Positions 6,677 to 15,528 of a DNA stretch of 15,528 nt are shown piece by piece. Numbering within the stretch: the stretch's first letter is position 1; every line of letters starts with the position of its first letter. Both the position numbers and the translations under genes were made by a program. The notes under the pieces are model-generated. The model saw only the letters and a program-made list of their open reading frames with translations. It was not told the origin of the DNA and did no database searches. The stretch covers positions 1 to 15,528 of the forward strand of contig JBBRXO010000067.1 in the NCBI GenBank assembly GCA_038248345.1, written 5' to 3'. The DNA comes from Armatimonadota bacterium. GTDB lineage: Bacteria > Armatimonadota > Hebobacteria > CAIYQO01.

Positions 6677-6955
6677 CGTAACTGTTAAGAGTTTCAAGTC
6701 TCTAATCGACCTAACCCCAGAACTATCCTAAAAGAAGTTGTTGGTAATCACCTTGAACGGGGTACTAATGGCAATAACCAAATAATGAGATACTGAGCTT
6801 TAGTAGCTCATATATTGAATCAGGTTGTGAGCGAAGCTTATTTCTGTATTTACATGCTGACAACTCTAAACGGTTACAAATAAACACAGAGATGGTAGGA
6901 AAATGTGGGTAATAGCCCCCCTTTTTTCTCTTCGTGTCTTCGTGGTTTTCCTCGC
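6627..6955. repeat. Inverted repeat pair built from CACGAAGR units, enclosing an AT-rich segment
   Basis: GCGAGGAAAACCACGAAGGCACGAAGGCACGAAGAGAGAAGAAAG (6627-6671) versus the reverse complement of 6921-6955, GCGAGGAAAACCACGAAGACACGAAGAGAAAAAAG. Confidence 0.8.
6678..6877. mobile_element. 200-bp AT-rich MITE-like insert with GTAA-initiated terminal inverted repeats
   Basis: GTAACTGTTAAGAGTT (6678-6693) and AACTCTAAACGGTTAC (6862-6877) are 14/16 complementary. The ORF track shows no ORF inside, and the segment is visibly more AT-rich than the flanking genes. Confidence 0.6.
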
Positions 6956-7509
6956 TACGCGCTGATCAGCTTCACCCAAGCCACGTACCGGTCCATCCAC
7001 CCCTGTATGAGTTGCCGGGTGGATTCGGTGGCGATGTTGCCATCAGCATCGAAAAAGCCCTCGCTTATTGAAAGGTAAAGCTCCGGCTGGCTCAGCGTCG
7101 GAACATCCAGATAGGAGAGGATGTTGCGCAGGTGCTGCTGCGCCAGCGCCGTGCCGAGGGCCCCGCCGCAGGCCCCCATGATACCGGCGGGCTTGCCCGC
7201 CCAGGCACTCTTGCCATAGGGGCGCGAAGCGTGATCGAGGGCGTTCTTCAGCACGCCAGGGATAGAGCGGTTATACTCCGGAGTGACGAAGATCAACCCT
7301 TGCGCGGCAAATATCTCCTGTCGCAGCCGCGTCACCGGCGCGTAATCATCCGCCTCGTTATCCTGATTATACAATGGTAGATCGCCGATCTCCACGATTT
7401 TAAAGGTAAACTCCGGCGGGGCCAGCCGCGTCACCGCCTGTGCCAACCGCTGGTTAATAGAATCCCGCCGCAAGCTGCCGACGACTACTGCTATATTGTA
7501 TTGGGGCAT
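6955..7509 (-). CDS. NAD(P)H-dependent FMN reductase (ChrR/YieF-like flavoprotein), 184 aa
   Basis: VVVGSLRRDSINQRLA, DLPLYNQD, FVTPEYNRSIPGVLKNALDHASRPYGKSAWAGKPA and GTALAQQHLR. A GGAG RBS before the ATG at 7509 indicates the start is MPQYNI rather than 7614. Confidence 0.93.
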   Translation of the reverse strand: MPQYNIAVVVGSLRRDSINQRLAQAVTRLAPPEFTFKIVEIGDLPLYNQDNEADDYAPVTRLRQEIFAAQGLIFVTPEYNRSIPGVLKNALDHASRPYGKSAWAGKPAGIMGACGGALGTALAQQHLRNILSYLDVPTLSQPELYLSISEGFFDADGNIATESTRQLIQGWMDRYVAWVKLISA

Positions 7510-7555
7510 GGTTTCTCCCTCTTTAGCTCCAAGTTTCAAGTCCCAAAGTTGGTTT

Positions 7556-7599
7556 AGAGTCGCCAGACTCTCGCCCAGCCGGAAACGACCGGGCTGGGC
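7556..7599 (-). terminator. Tandem hairpins just downstream of the giant gene (terminator or RNA-stabilising structure)
   Basis: GCCCAGCC(7573-7580)...GGCTGGGC(7592-7599) plus AGAGTC-GCCA-GACTCT (7556-7571). There is no clear U-tract. Confidence 0.4.
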
Positions 7600-7610
7600 T
7601 AAGGGATCCC

Positions 7611-10600
7611 TCAATCCGGCACCGGCACATTCACCACTTGCAGATAGAGGTCGTGTACGGTCACCTCGGTGCTACCGGCGTATGGGGTATTTGGGGCGCG
7701 GGTGGCGGTGGTGAGTACCCATAGTCCGGTCTCCGTCATGCCATTGCCGCGCTGCGGGATGATGGATATCGCGCCGTCGGCGCCCAGCACTTCCATGGGC
7801 AGCATCCGCTCGGGCATGTCGATATTTGGCACGCCTGGCGCGTTGACGCGGCCGCGTTGCTCCGGCTCCAGGTGGAAGCCGGTAAGGCGCATGGTGTTGT
7901 AGAGCACACGGTTACCCAGGCCATCTTGCATCTGGCGTACCCAGTAGAGCCACAGGCGCGGCGGATCCACCGCTGTACCCGCACGATTAGTCTCCAAGGC
8001 AATCACCGGGTTGATATCCGGTGCCATACTCCGCGTTAAGCGTTGCAGGCGCGGTAATCCGGCGAGGGACACAGTGGTAATACTACCCTGCAAGACGCGG
8101 ACATTGCCACGATAGGGATCGACGCGTAAGCGGACAACCGCCCCACCCTGCACGTAATCCAACGGATATTCGCGCGTGGTATCCCACGCCCCGCCTGCCA
8201 CGGCGAGGAGATGATCAACGCCATCCACCGTCACCGTGAGTTGATTATTCCAACCGAGGAAAACCCCACCGGTGAAGAGCGTATTGGTGGCATTGGCAGT
8301 CAGCGTTTCGCTGATGATGCCACTACGCTGATCCGGCGCTTCCGGCAACTTCAGCGCAAGCGCACTCAAGCTCTTCTTCACCGGATCGAAGCGTGCTCTT
8401 GCATAATAGATATCGGTATTGCCATCGGCGCGTGCACCTTGGAATACCAGATGCACCAGCGAGTTATCGACGGTATCCACCCACGCTTGCGGCCTGTCCA
8501 CGCTGGTGAAAGCCCAGGTGAGGGTGTTGAGCGGAATATCTAATTGCCCGCCGCTTGCGGCGTAGAGACCGCGTCGACCGGTAGCGCCCGCTTCATAAAT
8601 CGCCAATGAATTTCCCCCGACAAGACCAGAAAACATAAGCGCTTTGTCACGTTGCGGGAAGGTAGTGGCGTCAGGCGCGCCCAACCAGGCGATGCCGGGG
8701 ACAGCGTCCGCCTGTGGGTTGGCCGGATCGAAGAGTTTATAGGCGATATAGGAGATCGGGTAATAGTTGACCTTGGTGTTATTGGTTATCTGCCGTACTG
8801 CCGCAACGGTGAAGGTGAGGTGGAACTTGCCGGTACCATCCGGCGTCACCGCTGGCGAGGTGCAGACGATTGGCGTAGGAACATATGCGGAGTTTGGATC
8901 TTTCAACGCCGTACGTATAGCCGCCATATCATTAGCAGTAACCGCTGGCACCCACGGGTGGGCCATAATCTCCACTACCGTTTCCTCCGGGGCTACCGTC
9001 CAGGCAAGCGGGGCGGTCAGCGTTATCTCACCGGTGGTGGTATCAACGCTCTGCACCACGGCATACTCCGCTCCCAGATTTGCTTCCGTTTCACCTAACA
9101 CTGGACGTTTACGCAGCACCAGCAGGTCACCAGTGCCGGTGTTATCGCCGTGAACTTTGGCGGCAATCCCCGGGGCCACGGTGACGCTACTGGCGCCGAT
9201 GGCGCTCACTGCTGCGGTCAGTCGACGTGCCTCGCGGTACCAGATGGTAGTGTCCGTGGTAGTAGTCGGTAATATACCCGGTGCCAGCGGCGTATTGCTG
9301 GCCACCCACACGCCCAGGCTACCGCTGGGGAGCACGGCGCTGGTGGGCCAGCTTTCCATACCGGTGAGGTTATTCGTCCAACCTGCCGGGCCACCATTGC
9401 GCGCATCAAATACTGGCGGAACAGTTTCATTAGGCGCTACTTGCGATAAGCGCGTTTCGTCGATGCGCATGGTGACGAACATCGGGGCGTTGCTGCCCCA
9501 GGTGAGGCGCCCCGTGTAGGTACCCGCTGGCCGCCGATATTCATCGAGCATCGGTACGGCGAAGGGGCGACGGAAATCCAGCTCGCTCCCCGCCGGGCTC
9601 TTGGGCAATGTCCAACTACTGCCAGTATTGTCCTGCAGGGTATATGGGTTGAGCTCATCCGCCGTGCGAGGGGTAGCCGCGCCACCGACGTTATGCCGTG
9701 GTGACATGCCCGCAAGGCTGATTACCGGATTCGGAGTATAGTTCCCCGGCAGGGTACTGGTGATATCGGAGTTACCCACATTTTCTACCAACGGCTGGGT
9801 GTAGGGGAGCCGGATAGTGGTGCGGGCATCAAGTTTGCCGCCATCCACCATCGGGGTCACCGGGCGCAAGCTATTGGCAATGGTGATCTTGTTCACCACC
9901 GCAGTTGGATTCACTAGCTGATTGGGGGTAGTCATGTTGAGACTGGCGATATCCGTCGCGTTGGCGGTCATATAGAATGGCTCGCCGAAATCCCACACGC
10001 GGTTGCCGTTCAAGTCCATAAAGACACGCGTATCGGTGGCGCCGTAGGCAACGGCCGGTTCGCCATAATCGTTGACGCCGTTGTTGTTCCGGTCGAGATA
10101 GAGCATCTCGTTGGCATCCCATACTGCATTGCTATTAATGTCATCGAGGCGGAAATCCTTACCGTATTGGTAATCAGTCAGGTTATTGGTCTCCCAGTAG
10201 ATTATCCCCGCTGCTTTAGTCAGCGTGGGTTTCACCTCTGCTCTGGTGGCAAAATTACCGTCCTGCTGGTGCGACGGCAACCGGCTGTTCAGCCGCAAGT
10301 TGAAGGAATCGTTGTTATGGAGACCGGAACCGAAAGGCACGCTAAGGGCCTCGTTACGCAACGGCAGATGGTACTCCACATATGGATCATACTGGAAGCC
10401 GTTCCACTCCGCGTTAGTGTGCGCTTTACCCAGGGCGAAAGCACCCGTGAGGGTAGCATTCCAATTTTTCGGTGTGGCAGTATCGTTACGCAGATCACTT
10501 GGTATGGTCAACAAGCGGAACATGTCGCCATTTGGCTGCGCGTCGATGAGCGAATCGTTCTTCACTCCGATAACTGGCGTGGTGGCTGTGTTCCCCGGCG

Positions 10601-13600
10601 TCTGGCCGGTGGCCGTGCCCATCGTTACTTTGCCATCGCTGGCCACGCCAGTGACGTTCACCGGGTTGGTGAGAATGAAGTCCGGTGCCCACTCATCGCG
10701 CACGGTGGCATCAATTGCCAACTTGCTTGAGAGCGACGCCAACGTGAGTGTGGCATCGGCAGCGCCAATGACCGAATCGGTGACATACGCTTCTACATCA
10801 CTCATGCCCGACGGGTTGCTCGTGGGATGATGGAAGAGCACGCGATGGTTCTTCAAGGCGAGGAAACGCGCTTCATCGGCAGGGGTGGCCGGTTTCGTCA
10901 GCAGCACTGTCGTGGTTCCGACAGTTGCTGGCACCGCCAATGATACCCGTGCACCCTGCACGGCCCTATCAATAAAGGGTACTTCTTTGCCCCAGCCCCA
11001 GTCCGGTATACGCTGATTCATGCGGGTACGCGCCTGCTGGATGGTCACCCGCCATGCATAGGGTAGCGCCAACGACTTCACCAGTCCGCCGATGCCGCCA
11101 ACTGTACGGTCGTAGCGCAGTATGTCGTCGGTTGCCAATGGTATCTCAAAACCTGAGGTAGCGGTGTTGAGGCCGAGTGTGGGCAGCGATCCGAGCGCCA
11201 CAGTTGCCTGCCCTGTTTGCCCGTTAATATACGTCACCACGCGGCCAGTCTTGGGAGGCACGATAGTGGCCTGCTGTGCCTGTTGCGGGCTGAGGGCACC
11301 AAAAACCCGCATCCCCTGGTAACCCTGCGGGCCAGGCCTGCCAACTGGTACGCCGACGACGCCTTGGATCCCATAATTGGGCGCATTGCTGTTACCTTGG
11401 TTCAGATTCCGCTCGATGACGAAGGTGAGCGGCAGACCGGTCTCCGGGTCAAGCTGATTATAGGGCGAGAAGGCGCGCGGTTCGGCTCCGGGGCCAAGGC
11501 GGGTGAGATTGCGTTCCATCACCGCCGGGTTGTTCGCGCTTGTAGACTCATTAACGTAGCCGTTATAGTACAGGCGCACGCGGAAGACGCCGGTCCAGCC
11601 ATTTTGCACCGGAGTTTCTTTGCGTTCCACCAGTGCCGTATTCTTCGTGTTATCACCGTCATAGGTGTTGGCGCTGACGAAGAGCTGGTTATTCGCCATC
11701 GTCGAGCCGCCCATCTCCATGGGCACTGGATGGTTAAAGAGTTGCAGGAACAGGTTCGCTTTCGCCTTAAAGTTATGCGCTCCCGTTTCCTTGATCTCCG
11801 AACCCGAAAGCATCACAGAATCTTTCAGCGTCGGTTTGGTTTTGGTCGCGAGGAATATCTTCGTCCCTGTCCCCCCGAGGAGTTTAGCCCAGGTGCGGGT
11901 TGCGTCATCCGGCACAATGCTGATCGTCTTCTGTGCAGCATCGACGCCAATTACCTGCAACACGGTGTCATTATCGCCGATGACGATACGTTGCCCTTTG
12001 CGCAGCGCCGTAACGTCGCTCACCGCCAGCACCTTCGGATCAGTCTGGTCGGCCGTTACCGTCGCCAGTTCCAGATCATTCTCCGGGATACCATCCCGCA
12101 CGCGGGCGATAAAGAACAGGTTCAACTCGGACAGATAACCCTGGTTGCGGTTACCCGTATCCTCAGGCCAGAGAATATAGCGCTGGCCCAGTTGGTTATG
12201 GAAATTCAGCTGCCAACGCGGATAGTTGCTGAAGGTCCAGGTGTCACCGACGGTATGCCCGGTATTAGTGGCAAAGACGATGCGCACTCCGCCCGGCAGC
12301 AGATTCGGGATGCCCTGGGTGGTGGATATGGCCACTGCGGGCGCACTCCACGTTCCTCCGGCGTCGGTAGACCAGACGATCATATCTGGCGCCACAGAAG
12401 CAATCTTCACTATCAGTGTCTGCTGTATGTCCATGGCGATGCCACCGACGAGCTTCAGGTCGTTTTTGCCTGTTCCGGTGAAGACGATCGGCCCGTCAAT
12501 GGTAGTAGTTGGCGAAACTTTAGTCACCCAGTTGCTGTCGGATACGAATGGGGTATAGTTCGGGTCCATCAGCACATCCGGCAGAATATCCTGAATATCA
12601 ATCATATCAATCGGCCCCTGGCCAGTGTTCTTCACATTGATGGCGAACTTCCACCAGTTAGCGTCCGCGCTGGCGCCGTTCCACAGGTCAGGATCAGGTA
12701 CGGTGAATGACCAGGCAGTACCGACTCCATGGCCTGTGATAGCATCAAATGCGATCATCACCCCATTGCCTAGGTTCAGCGCGGTGTTGGCGGGCGGTAT
12801 CGGGGTGGAGAGGCTCCAGGTGGTTCCACCATCAGACGACCAGATGACGTTGTCGGTGGGGACAATGGTATCTATTTTTACGACATAGTTGAAGGTCAGA
12901 CCGGCGAGCGGCGCGCTGACGATAGTCATGTCGTTGAGAGAATTCGGGGTTGGGAGTGCGGTATGTATCCACGGGTTGCCGATGAATTTCTCCACCGATT
13001 TGCTCACCTGCAACGTGGAGGCGACGAGCTTCTCCCCGTCGTAGGCCGGGTCTTTCGGATCTAATATGGGCAACCCACCCGGCCCCGGAGTATTGATCGG
13101 GATAGTGACCGGCGGGGTATAATCGCCCGGCAATGGCCCGTTCGGGTCCTGGCCATTCGGCGTGGCGCCAGTTCCAGTGCCGCCACCATTGGGGGTGGTG
13201 CCGCCGTCCCACGGGGGATTCCCCCCGGTGCCGCCCGGTAAGATCACCGGATCGCCGGTAGTCGGGGTATCGGGGAAGGTGTCCGTCGGCACTCCGCCGT
13301 TCCAGACATCACCGCCGCCGACATCACTGCCGCCACCGGGATTTGGATTATAATCAGGGCCGCTGAAGATTCCGCTCGTCGGCTCATACTGGCTGCCGAA
13401 CGCGTAGATATACTGGTCACGCGACGCCTGATATACCAGCGCCCGACCATCCGCATAGCTACGCATCCCCACCACCGGCGAGGCGACCAATCGGTCGCGC
13501 ATATTCTTCTGCCAGCGTACCGCATGAGCGTTGCCAAAGAAGTTGATGGCGGTGAGATTATGATCGTTGGAGCCCACATAAACCGTATAGTTACGTACAA

Positions 13601-15528
13601 AAGGATAGACGGTGAATGACCAGCTATCGCCCAGTGTATGCCCGCTCATAGCAAGGAAGCGCACGCTGACGCCCTCGCCGAGTGACTGCAATTCTCCGGT
13701 GATGGGTAAAACGGTTGTTGCCCCGCCATCTTTCTGCCAGGTGAATTTGTCTGCTACCCCGCCGGTGGCTGTGGCGCTGATGCTAACGGTGTACACCGCC
13801 TTCGCCGCACCGGTGTATTCCGCCGTCGGGCGAATATCATTCACGCCGGTGCCGGCGAAAATCGGCTCGCTGAACGGAGTGCTGATCTCGCCGGTAATCG
13901 CTGGCGAAGTGAGGATCGGCCCACCAGTCTGGTATTGCCATAGCTCCACCAGCGCGGGGGTAAAGGCGGTGACTCTACCGTTCAGGTCGCCGATGATAAT
14001 CGCCTGCTCTTCCGTACGCAGCATGGTGATGGCGGCGGGCAAAACGCCCAGCAACGTCACCGTCATGTTTACATTATCAACACTGGTGATCTCCGCGGTA
14101 AGCGCCGGCAGGCTACCGGGGAAAGTTACGCGCATCCCCGGCACCAGCCCGATGACTTTATTCAACGTCAATGTGTTACCGGCTCTTGCGGTGACGGTGT
14201 AGTTGAAGAAGTTACTCTCCGGCACTGCGGCGGCGGTGACTGCCACCGGGCCGAGGTTGACGCTACTGATAGTCGCGCCGTTGTCCGGGTTGAGCTGGTA
14301 GAAGGTTCCCGTATTGCCCCCCAGGAAATTATCCGTACCCACGTACAACGCGGGCGCGCCCGCCACCGTGGTGAGCATTGGCGCGGCGGTGACCGGCCCC
14401 GCCAGCGCATCCTGCGCCGTGCGCCAGAGCACACGCTCATCATCGTTAGTAGCGGTGGTATCCAGCGCGATAACGTAGCCACGATTGGTGAGTGGTACGC
14501 TGATGCCGACGTACAGCCGGGTTCCGTCACTGCTTAAAGTGGCGCTGGTGAGTTTGAAGAACGTCTCGCTAGAATCAACCGGCGCGACGGCATAATGCCA
14601 CCGCTCATTGCCATCGAAATCAAGCGCGTAGACCACATTATCATCAGTGGTGATATAGAAGGCGCATTGCGTCTGGTCAACCTTCTCGGTAACGACCGGC
14701 AACGACACCGCCGGGGAGGAGTTGATCACCCCGATGGGATCCGCGCCGCGCCGCGGGAATGTCCACGCCAGCAGTCCAGCGCGATTAACCGCATATACCC
14801 GCCCCTGTTGGCCCGGATTAGCGGCTACCTTCGAGATGGCGATGTTATGATTGCGCAACACGATATGGGGAGTATACAAGCGCAACTGATTGCCCGAACG
14901 GCTGCTGACAACGCCGAATATTTCGAAGTTAGCGCCAACGCTATCATCGGCCAGATATACCTGCGCCCCTATGGGATACGCGTTTACATCGGCCACCTGC
15001 AAAGCGACGATTCGCTGGCCCGGAGTGAGCACGACCGGTGTTTCATTGCCATTGCCGTCAACGCCGATAGCCGCATCCAAAGGTTGCAAGACGCTGGTGG
15101 GGATCTCCGCAGTACCGAAAACGATCAACTCGCCGGTATGCGCCGGGCTGTATTGATCCTTGATGCTGACCACCGCCGGGGAGGAGATGACGCGCCCAAC
15201 ACGGTTGTTATCGGTGAATGTCCAGAGAGGAGCGCCGAGGGCGGCGTCATAGGCGCGCAGGGCACCATGCGAGATAATATTGCCGCTGGCATCGGGTACA
15301 TCTGCCATTCCCTGATAGAGTACACCCAGCGGATGACCGGCCTCGGCATAGCCGATTGCCGGGGAGGAATCCAATGTGGCCCCGGTTGCCTGATACCAGC
15401 GCAGGCCGCTGGTGGCGGGCCCAGGGCGACCGGCGTAACCGGTACGCTGATTATTGCGATGGAAAGTATACCAGATGGAGTCGCTTTCTGGATAAACAAT
15501 AGCGGTTGCCTGCGCCGGGAAACCCGCC
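7611..15528 (-). CDS. Giant (>2638 aa) probably secreted protein: PQQ-like/BamB beta-propeller, P/G/T linker, DUF11-like domain, repeated beta inserts, Ca-binding-type loops, C-terminal propeller-like region; 5' end outside the window
   Basis: The frame stays open upstream of 15374 to the edge: AGFPAQATAIVYPESDSIWYTFHRNNQRTGYAG...LRWYQATGATLDSSPAIG. WxxFxxNxQRTG and repeated SSPAV / VYALDxDGxxRW / LWQYQTGGPILTSPAI blades are typical of PQQ-like propellers. Confidence 0.88.
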   Translation of the reverse strand, partial: AGFPAQATAIVYPESDSIWYTFHRNNQRTGYAGRPGPATSGLRWYQATGATLDSSPAIGYAEAGHPLGVLYQGMADVPDASGNIISHGALRAYDAALGAPLWTFTDNNRVGRVISSPAVVSIKDQYSPAHTGELIVFGTAEIPTSVLQPLDAAIGVDGNGNETPVVLTPGQRIVALQVADVNAYPIGAQVYLADDSVGANFEIFGVVSSRSGNQLRLYTPHIVLRNHNIAISKVAANPGQQGRVYAVNRAGLLAWTFPRRGADPIGVINSSPAVSLPVVTEKVDQTQCAFYITTDDNVVYALDFDGNERWHYAVAPVDSSETFFKLTSATLSSDGTRLYVGISVPLTNRGYVIALDTTATNDDERVLWRTAQDALAGPVTAAPMLTTVAGAPALYVGTDNFLGGNTGTFYQLNPDNGATISSVNLGPVAVTAAAVPESNFFNYTVTARAGNTLTLNKVIGLVPGMRVTFPGSLPALTAEITSVDNVNMTVTLLGVLPAAITMLRTEEQAIIIGDLNGRVTAFTPALVELWQYQTGGPILTSPAITGEISTPFSEPIFAGTGVNDIRPTAEYTGAAKAVYTVSISATATGGVADKFTWQKDGGATTVLPITGELQSLGEGVSVRFLAMSGHTLGDSWSFTVYPFVRNYTVYVGSNDHNLTAINFFGNAHAVRWQKNMRDRLVASPVVGMRSYADGRALVYQASRDQYIYAFGSQYEPTSGIFSGPDYNPNPGGGSDVGGGDVWNGGVPTDTFPDTPTTGDPVILPGGTGGNPPWDGGTTPNGGGTGTGATPNGQDPNGPLPGDYTPPVTIPINTPGPGGLPILDPKDPAYDGEKLVASTLQVSKSVEKFIGNPWIHTALPTPNSLNDMTIVSAPLAGLTFNYVVKIDTIVPTDNVIWSSDGGTTWSLSTPIPPANTALNLGNGVMIAFDAITGHGVGTAWSFTVPDPDLWNGASADANWWKFAINVKNTGQGPIDMIDIQDILPDVLMDPNYTPFVSDSNWVTKVSPTTTIDGPIVFTGTGKNDLKLVGGIAMDIQQTLIVKIASVAPDMIVWSTDAGGTWSAPAVAISTTQGIPNLLPGGVRIVFATNTGHTVGDTWTFSNYPRWQLNFHNQLGQRYILWPEDTGNRNQGYLSELNLFFIARVRDGIPENDLELATVTADQTDPKVLAVSDVTALRKGQRIVIGDNDTVLQVIGVDAAQKTISIVPDDATRTWAKLLGGTGTKIFLATKTKPTLKDSVMLSGSEIKETGAHNFKAKANLFLQLFNHPVPMEMGGSTMANNQLFVSANTYDGDNTKNTALVERKETPVQNGWTGVFRVRLYYNGYVNESTSANNPAVMERNLTRLGPGAEPRAFSPYNQLDPETGLPLTFVIERNLNQGNSNAPNYGIQGVVGVPVGRPGPQGYQGMRVFGALSPQQAQQATIVPPKTGRVVTYINGQTGQATVALGSLPTLGLNTATSGFEIPLATDDILRYDRTVGGIGGLVKSLALPYAWRVTIQQARTRMNQRIPDWGWGKEVPFIDRAVQGARVSLAVPATVGTTTVLLTKPATPADEARFLALKNHRVLFHHPTSNPSGMSDVEAYVTDSVIGAADATLTLASLSSKLAIDATVRDEWAPDFILTNPVNVTGVASDGKVTMGTATGQTPGNTATTPVIGVKNDSLIDAQPNGDMFRLLTIPSDLRNDTATPKNWNATLTGAFALGKAHTNAEWNGFQYDPYVEYHLPLRNEALSVPFGSGLHNNDSFNLRLNSRLPSHQQDGNFATRAEVKPTLTKAAGIIYWETNNLTDYQYGKDFRLDDINSNAVWDANEMLYLDRNNNGVNDYGEPAVAYGATDTRVFMDLNGNRVWDFGEPFYMTANATDIASLNMTTPNQLVNPTAVVNKITIANSLRPVTPMVDGGKLDARTTIRLPYTQPLVENVGNSDITSTLPGNYTPNPVISLAGMSPRHNVGGAATPRTADELNPYTLQDNTGSSWTLPKSPAGSELDFRRPFAVPMLDEYRRPAGTYTGRLTWGSNAPMFVTMRIDETRLSQVAPNETVPPVFDARNGGPAGWTNNLTGMESWPTSAVLPSGSLGVWVASNTPLAPGILPTTTTDTTIWYREARRLTAAVSAIGASSVTVAPGIAAKVHGDNTGTGDLLVLRKRPVLGETEANLGAEYAVVQSVDTTTGEITLTAPLAWTVAPEETVVEIMAHPWVPAVTANDMAAIRTALKDPNSAYVPTPIVCTSPAVTPDGTGKFHLTFTVAAVRQITNNTKVNYYPISYIAYKLFDPANPQADAVPGIAWLGAPDATTFPQRDKALMFSGLVGGNSLAIYEAGATGRRGLYAASGGQLDIPLNTLTWAFTSVDRPQAWVDTVDNSLVHLVFQGARADGNTDIYYARARFDPVKKSLSALALKLPEAPDQRSGIISETLTANATNTLFTGGVFLGWNNQLTVTVDGVDHLLAVAGGAWDTTREYPLDYVQGGAVVRLRVDPYRGNVRVLQGSITTVSLAGLPRLQRLTRSMAPDINPVIALETNRAGTAVDPPRLWLYWVRQMQDGLGNRVLYNTMRLTGFHLEPEQRGRVNAPGVPNIDMPERMLPMEVLGADGAISIIPQRGNGMTETGLWVLTTATRAPNTPYAGSTEVTVHDLYLQVVNVPVPD

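Noticed and set aside
7531..7566. Short matches to the 6678-6877 element (AGTTTCAAGTC; GTTTAGAGTCGCCAG)
   Set aside because: Too short, and lacking the GTAAC terminus, so they cannot be distinguished from chance without a genome-wide search.
11217..12710. 497-aa + strand ORF and other ORFs inside the giant gene
   Set aside because: Antisense or off-frame to a well-supported CDS, with no recognisable family motifs.
13070..13360. Gly/Pro-rich tract as a collagen-like or DNA tandem repeat
   Set aside because: No sustained Gly-X-Y periodicity or exact nucleotide repeat; treated as a low-complexity linker.
15372..15374. TTG as the start of the giant protein
   Set aside because: The frame is open to the window edge and encodes the conserved WYTFHRNNQRTG motif upstream, so the true start is outside the window.
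7611..15528. Prophage or contractile injection system suggested by the phage-like inserts
   Set aside because: No capsid, tube, baseplate, terminase or integrase genes in the window; the host protein looks like a cellular exported propeller protein.

Overview
GC-rich bacterial chromosomal window. The rpmE-DUF1385 pair and the giant PQQ-like propeller protein are reminiscent of Armatimonadota, but that is inference only. Left to right: a 3'-truncated DUF1385 (YqhQ-like) gene and rpmE (both -); a DUF5060/GH-A clan glycoside hydrolase (-); a divergent bioY + TPR-protein operon (+); an AI-2E family transporter (+); a convergent NAD(P)H-dependent FMN reductase (-); and a >2600-aa, probably exported multidomain protein (-) that is open past the right edge. 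The main unannotated signal is intergenic: most spacers hold a small palindromic element. Two of these (3616-3746 and 5265-5408) share the same three-nested-hairpin architecture despite different sequences. One family has ~17-bp terminal inverted repeats, and its internally deleted copy has a 12-bp target-site-like duplication. A GTAA-ended MITE-like insert is nested in another inverted repeat. No transposase, rRNA, tRNA or CRISPR array was seen. All family assignments come from motif recognition, not database searches.
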